The translations under genes were made by a program, and so were the position numbers. From assembly GCA_951406725.2 (NCBI GenBank), contig OX597815.1:116870001-116934000 (forward strand): 64,000 nucleotides of DNA. The letters run 5' to 3'. How positions within the stretch are numbered: the first letter of the stretch is position 1; each line of letters opens with the position of its first letter. The stretch comes from Octopus vulgaris. Taxonomy: Eukaryota. The notes under the pieces were generated by a model. It searched no databases. It had not been told where the DNA came from and worked only from the letters and a program-made list of their open reading frames with translations. Of this stretch, positions 12,576 to 64,000 are shown in pieces.

Positions 12576-15500
12576 AATGCAGTTATAAACATACTGCTAA
12601 AATGACATGGTTAGATGGTTATGACTGGAAGGGTTTTAATCATAAGTTACCTCAGCCAGGGTGCACTAGTGGTGGAGGACCTAAACAACAATAACAACAA
12701 CAACAACAACAACAACAAAAGCAGCAGCAACAACAACAACAGCAACAAAAATCTAAATTTGATTTCTAACTAACTAAAATGTAGCATGTCTTATCTATTT
12801 CATGATATTCTCTCTAAATGTCTGAAACATCTTTCTGAACCGAGAGTTTGGTCTCCATTTCAATATTCAGAGCAATTTAAATCTCAACACACACTCAATA
12901 ATTATTTCATCTATGACATTAGTACCTCATATATTCATCTTTAAAGGCCAAGATAATCTCAGAGGAATTTAGATTGCAGATCCATTGACTCGTTTCTGAT
13001 AAATGTCACTGCCATGGGATTATGTTATCTTGTTCCAATACATCAAGTTCCAGTAGCTTTATCCTGTTTTAGTATATTAATATTTAATATTGGTTTCAAA
13101 TGTTGGCACAAGGCCAGCAATTTCAAGGGAGGGAATAATTCAATTACACCGAACCCCAGTGTTCAGCTGGTATTTATTTTATCAACCTGAAAAGAATGAA
13201 AGGCAATGTCAACCTTGGCAGAATTTGAACTCAGAACATAAAAATGGAGGAAATACTGCTGTGCATTTTGCCCGGTGTACTAATGATCCTGCCAGCTCAC
13301 TGCCAATATTAATGACTAATATTTAATATTCAAGACATATACATACCTGGAGGTGCAGGAGTGGCTGTGTGGTAAGTAGCTTGCCTACCGACCACATGGT
13401 TCCAGGTTCAGTTCCATTGCATGGCACCTTGGGCGAGTGTCTTCTCCTATAGCCTCAGGCCAACAAAAGCCTTGTGAGTGGATTTGGTAAACAGAAACTG
13501 AAAGAAGCCCATATATATGTTGGGGGGGGGGTATGTTTGTGTGTCTCCCCACCGTTGCTTGACAACCGATTCTGGTGTGTTTACGTCCCCATAACCTAGC
13601 AGTTTGGCAAAAGAGACAAATAGAATAAGTATTAGCCTTACAAAGAATAAGTCCTGGGGTCGAGTTGTTCGACTAGAGGTAGTGTTCCAGCATGGCCACA
13701 GTCAAATGACTGAAACAAATAAAAGAATAAAAGATGCCTATTTACATATAAAAAGGAACATTAACATATTCATAGAGTTGCTTTAATCATAAAACAATCC
13801 TAATGTATGTGTCTGTGTATTCTAAAATATTTATGTCAAGACATATTTAATGTATCATCATCACCATCATCATCGCCCGCATCCCTATCATCATTTTAAT
13901 GTCCATTTTTCAATGTTTGCATGGGTCTACTAGAGGTAATATTTCCCGGTAGCCAGACATTTCCCCAAAACATTCAAAATAAATTACACTGTTTGTTTGA
14001 CAGTGACATCCATTAACAACTATCATACCATGTTGAGACAAGACAACACACTCACACACATGTACACTCACACACTTGCACAGTCACACACACGCACACA
14101 CACACATACACACAATGGGTTTCTTTCTTCCAAATCCACTCACAAGGTTTGAAAAAGAAAAGCAACATAGCAAATGATCTTAAAACATGGTCCAAGTTTA
14201 ATACATATTGCATAAATATTTCTTTATCAGAAGTACTGGCATGGGTACACAATTAAGAAACTTGCTCCAGAACCATGTGATTTCAAGTTCAGTCCCTTTG
14301 CATGGGACCTTTGGCAAGTATCTTCTACTTTAGTCCCAGGCCAACCAAAGCTTTGTGAATAAATTTGATAGACAGAAACTGAAAGAAGCCTGTCAAATAT
14401 ATATATATATATATACAGATTTGTATAATTGTGTATAGAAGAATATATTAATCAATGAAATTCCAACCTAGTCTGATTTTCGCATTTTATTATTTACAAT
14501 TTTACAATATCATAATGATAGAATATTATATATTTATTGTGATAAAACTAGTACTTTCATGTATTACACAATCATCAGGTTTATGTAGTAGTAGTGATTA
14601 ATATGCCAGCCAGGGGGCACTGGCCCCAGCTACGATATATATATATATATATATTATATTATATATATATATATATATGGTGCCACATATATATATATAA
14701 TATAATATATATGTATATATATATTGTAGCTGGGGCCAGTGCCCCCTGGCTGGCTCCCATGCTGATGGCACATAAAAAGCACCATCTGAACATGGTCAAT
14801 GCCAAGTCTGCCCAACTGACTCTGGTGCCAGTGGTATGTAAAAAGCACCAACTGATCATGATCGATACCAGTACCCCCTGACTTGCTCCTGTGCTGGTAG
14901 CACGTAAGAAGCATCATCTGAATGTGTTCGTTGCCAAGCCTGCCTTACTGGCTCCTGTACCAGTGGCACATAAAAAGCACCAACTGATCATGACTGATGC
15001 CAGTGGCATGTAAAAAGCATGATCCAAACCTGATTAAAGCACCCACTACACACTCAGAGTCGTTGGCATTAGGAAGGGCATCCAGCTGTAGAAACTCTGC
15101 CAGACCAGATTGGAGCGTGGTGCAGTTGCTGGCTCTCCATACCACAGTCAAACCATCCAACCCATGTCAGCATGGAAAACGGATGTTAATCAACAAGGAT
15201 GATATATACATATATATATACAGGGAGAGAGAGAGAAGGAGAGATGTATGCATGTGTGGACGTGGGTGTGCATGTGTTTGCATCTCCTTCCTTTGACATC
15301 ATGCAGTAGTTGCATGCAATAATCTTAAATAAGTGTCATAGTCATAAAAGCAGTATTGTTTGTTTCTAATCTTCTGTGAAAACGTTGTGATATGGGAAAA
15401 TATTAGCATGTTTGGAAACAAAGGAGGGTTGGTGATAGGAAAGGCATCCAGCTGTAGAAAATCTGCCTCAATAAACTCCATTTGACTCCTGCAAATATAG

Positions 15501-16163
15501 CAAGTGAAATTTAAAATGGTAATGATAAGGATGATGATGATAATGATGACGATGACAACTATATGCATCAACAATAGAAAATAATAATGAATGTGTTGAT
15601 GGTGCCACATAAAAAGCATTCAGTCCACACTGTGAAGTGGTTAGCATTTGTAAAGGCATCCAGCTGTAAAAACCATGCCAAAACTGACCTCGCCTGTGCT
15701 GGTGCCACATAAAAAGCACTCATTCCACACTGCAGAGTGGTTGATGTTAGGAAGGGCATCCAGCTATAAAGATCATGCTAAAATTGGCAGTGAAGCCTGA
15801 TACAGTCTTCTGCCTAGCCAGCTCCAGTCAAACCGTTCAACCCATGCCAGCAGACGTTAAATGATGATGATAGTGGTGATGATGATGATAATGTATTGAA
15901 ATATGAACCCACAAAGAACTTTGCTCTGTGGAACTTATTCTTGGAATATTATTCTTGCTAATATTATTTTTTGATGATATTATTTCTCGCTGTAGTTTAC
16001 ATACTGCAGTGGGAAAGCTCTAAACATATTTTGTGTAGTGGAAATCTTTCCGTTGTAAGCATTCAGATTATGTCTCTGCACAGAAAGTAATTTAATATCT
16101 ATTGACATGCTGCTTCAACTGCGGCAAAGCCAAAGTTGTTGTTTCTTCTTTTCTTTTGTTTTG

Positions 16164-16190
16164 CCAATCGCCGAGGTCATTTAAAGGTCA
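16164..16190 (+). promoter_or_regulatory. CCAAT box plus perfect DR5 nuclear-receptor element (AGGTCA-N5-AGGTCA)
   Basis: CCAAT 16164-16168; AGGTCA 16174-16179, tttaa, AGGTCA 16185-16190; motif match only. Confidence 0.4.
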
Positions 16191-17311
16191 TGGATACTGA
16201 TTTTTTTTTATTCCTCCTATAACTAATCCATAACAAAATTTTAAAATTCACTCAAGATAATCTGAGAAATGTGAATTTGAAAAATTAACTCAATGAAGTT
16301 GGGTGCACATTTATTTATTTTTCTTTTAATTTTTAATCTTTTAATCAGGAGAGAAAGGTAATGCACATGACCTTTTTCAGGATCCCTGACTGGTGGGAGG
16401 AAGGTATTCTCAAACTGAAGACCTGGTCCAAATGTATACAACAGAGTATTCTCTCCACTAAAAGCACCCAAGGACCATGTACTTCCTTCCTTTCCAATGG
16501 CCCTTTGCACCCTGTGATGCAAAGGGCTATTGAGATCTTCTCTCTATTATTCTTGATTCTGGACTGTCGTTTCTACTTCTCCCCAGTTGGATCCCTGCTT
16601 TTTCAATTCTGATTTTGTTGCACCATGTTATATGTTTGTCTGAAGGAAGGCCTTTCTCTCCCAGGTCTTGTTAGCTTTGAATTGCCATGAATACTTTTGT
16701 AGCTTTGCAGTATTCTATGTATGGGTGTTAGCTCTACACTAACTATTTTTACCTGTGGGAAGAGGTGGTCCATATTAACCTGGCCTCCATCTTTTGACCT
16801 GTCCATCTTGTGCTCTATTGGCATGGTTCTCAAGATCTTTGAAGCACACAAGCCACCACATCACAACAAGGGTTGGTCCTTGTGGTAGCAAGGACCATGG
16901 GTGGAGGATATTAAATGGAGGGATAGATTATTTTTCTTTGCATTTACATCAGGAGTAAATTACTTCTTGGTACTTGAATTCATGTTGAAATTCAGTCTCT
17001 TATTCCATAGTTGGAATCGATTGCCATTACTCAGAACTTTATACCTATTTCAGGTACATTCTCCAATTGTTTTTAAAAATTGACAAAGAATTTACCAATA
17101 TATTCAATTTATTTATTAGATCTATTTATGATCAAATGAACAAATGAGAATTCAGCATACTGCAAATAGAAAAATCATCTAGGTATTTTTGTAACACAAT
17201 ACAAAATACTGAAACAACATAATTATTGAAGTAATTTGATATTAATTCTATTAATTAATTATATATGAATTGTTTTCTTAAAATGTTGCCCATTCTTCAT
17301 ATTTCTTTTAG

Positions 17312-61498
<44,187 letters not shown>

Positions 61499-61798
61499 GT
61501 AAGATCCTTCTTTCTTGTGTACACCTCATTTACAATTATCCATACTTCAGTTTCCTAAATTTATTTGATGTCAAGATATTAAATACTGCTCATTGCAAAC
61601 TATAATCTTCAGGTCTTTCCTTTCTAGTAATAAAATGAAGCATTGTTAACTTTCTAAAAATAAACACAAAACATTTTTTTGATAAACACTTTCATATTAC
61701 TCAGTCCTTTTCACTTCAACAATTGGTAATAAATCCATTGCAAAGAACCTACCATAAATTTAATAAAGGTCAACTTGGATTAAAAATTATATATCCTT

Positions 61799-61951
61799 CA
61801 GCAAAAAATGTATATATTTATAATTGTTTTACAGCAAAAATGTATATATTTATAATTGTTTTACAGCAGAAATTTGTGTTTATAATTATTTTACAGCAAA
61901 AATTTAAATATTCATAATTGTTTTATAGCAGAAATTTATATATCTATAATT
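61799..61951. repeat. Minisatellite, ~31-32 bp x5
   Basis: Unit tttacagcaaaaatgtatatatttataattgt repeated with divergence. Confidence 0.85.
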
Positions 61952-63114
61952 TATTTTAATAATGTTATAAGATGTAAACATGCTACTATGTTAAGCATAA
62001 TTGATGAAAATTGGTAAGTTATTGAATATTTTGAAGTTGTATTTCCACAAATAATATTATGATAATATGATACGAGTGATGTTAGTGAAATCTGTATAAA
62101 TGAATTCTTAGAAGCAATGTTATTACATGTGTGAGACTTGTTTTCTCAAATTGCAATCAAAGCAGTACATCTTGGAAGTCAAATGGTCTTCAAATAAAAT
62201 CAGTACTATCATGTGGATAGGTTTTATTCGTGAAGGTATTGTTCATTGAACTGATATTCAGAACCATTGCAAAAATTTGAGTCTTAAGAAAATCAAAGAA
62301 CTTAAACCTACAAAAACAATCTCTTTTGTAATGGTACCATTTAATGTGTATCCAGTGTGTTACATCAAATTGACAGAATGACATCTAGCAATAAAAAAGA
62401 TCTCTTGCTTGCGATACAAATTGTTTTGGACTTTGTGAACTTAGCAGGATCTCTACAAATATCCTTGTCATCTCTAATACAAATACCATAAAACATTACC
62501 ATCACCTGGTTTCTTATTTGTCAAATTGGAGAGCAAGCCACTTCAGCTGTGTTGTGATTAGAAAGAGGAATCAATAGTTAAGAGCACCAAGTCACTCAAT
62601 GGCAAGTTATGTTCTTTCTTTTTCATATACTTGAGGTAAGTGAATTTAGATGAAAATCATTGAAGATTTAAATCTATGAACAAACAACTCTGTATTGTCT
62701 TTTTAATTGTCTATGCCAGCATCAAAATTAAGTGTTTGATTCTCAATGAGGAGAATATTAGTATGCTATTTACTTAAAGCACAAACATTATCTTGGTTAT
62801 ATTGCAATTTTGAGTGTAAGCAATTAAAAATAGATTTAGTTTGTTAATATAGATAGACTAATCAATAAATAAACATACAAAAATTCAGACTGAGTGTTTG
62901 TGTAAATGAATTGATGCAATACTGGGATAACCTAACAGCAAGACTACCAGGTTGAGTCAAAGAGTTTTTTCAGATTTTCACTGATGATTTTGGCAACTTG
63001 TATTATCATATTATACCATTAATTTAATACAACTTGTTCAATCATTGCTGAATTGTTTATTCTTTATTTTTATATATAACATATAAACACTAATTACTTA
63101 TTCTTTATTTTACA

Positions 63115-64000
63115 GCTTTGATAATAAGTGGTGAAAAAATTGCAATTAGAGTCATTTTATGTTACCTGTGGAAAAAAAGGACTGAGTGCTAGGGCATCTA
63201 CAATAGAAATTAATGATGTGGAAGGCTCAGGAATTGTCAACAAACTTGTGGCACAAGACTGGCTCAGACATTTCTAGAAAGGTGACACCAGTCTTGAAGA
63301 CAAACCAAGGTCAGGGAGACTTTCTGTTGTGGAAGATGAGGGCTTGCTTGAAATGGTTGAACAACAGCCAAGCACAAGCACTTACACATTATTGGCAGAG
63401 CTTCACCCTTCCCAAAGCACCATCAATTGACACCTCCATTGGTTCAGCCTTGTGAACAGACACCGTCAAGATGCTCATGCAAACAACTGCTGGTAAATCC
63501 TTGAGATGCACATTTTTGGCTTTGAATTATAGATCAATTTTCTTTACCCAAATAAGAGAAATCAGTGGCCAGGCTTCTGAACCTGTTGTTAAACAAGGGT
63601 GGTTTGAACAAACCCACATTGTGTGTTTTGTTAAATATCAAGAGTGTGTTACACTTTGAACTTGTCTCAGATGGTTATGCTGTGAACGCCAGCCTTTACG
63701 CTCAACAACTGCAGCAAATATAGGAAGTTTTAAAAGCCCACCACCTAGCATTGGTCAATTGAAGATGTACACTCTTATGGCATGACAATGCTCAGGGACA
63801 CATTGCCAATGTAACCATGTGCAGACTTGAGAAGCTCGCAGAGATGGAAGTGCTGTCTCATCCTACAGTCCACACCCTGTACCATCAGATTACCACCATT
63901 TTCAAACCATGGTTCATTTCCTACACAAACAGAGGTTCAACAATGTGGATGAAGTTGAAAATGGACGCAGGAGGTTTTTGCCTCTAAACCAGCCAAATTG
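63115..64000 (+). pseudogene. Decayed mariner transposase
   Basis: HTH region IRVILCYLWKK..., SLEDKPRSGR, HDNA and YSP...PSDYH motifs, with stops and frameshifts. Confidence 0.88.

Noticed and set aside
13350-13430. tRNA-like sequence
   Set aside because: It is the head of a multicopy SINE with no complete cloverleaf.
61799-61951. CRISPR-like periodic ~32-bp repeat
   Set aside because: Head-to-tail units with no unique spacers; eukaryotic intron; no cas genes.

Overview
AT-rich, microsatellite- and SINE-dense eukaryotic DNA, most consistent with an Octopus genome (judged from the SINE/RTE families and repeat landscape; not verified by a search). The + strand carries 21 consecutive, phase-consistent exons (17312-61498) of a hemicentin-1-like extracellular matrix gene: the last two Ig domains, six TSP1 repeats, a nidogen G2F domain and six calcium-binding EGF domains. 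The gene has no start or stop in the window. I found no convincing exon in the first 17.3 kb. The introns hold RTE LINEs, R4/Dong-like RLE LINEs in (TAA)n, Penelope-like fragments, a young Helitron, hAT/piggyBac/Tc1-mariner MITEs and a decayed mariner transposase. The most notable non-obvious signals are: (i) several minimal type I hammerhead ribozymes, the intact ones antisense to the gene and mostly beside (TA)n/(GT)n tracts; (ii) a perfect DR5 element plus a CCAAT box near a speculative alternative 5' start; (iii) an EGF exon whose acceptor is built from a trinucleotide microsatellite; (iv) traces of intron/exon duplication in the EGF array; (v) long palindromes. Almost all listed six-frame ORFs are microsatellite or TE artefacts. 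Exon coordinates were counted by hand; repeat boundaries are approximate.
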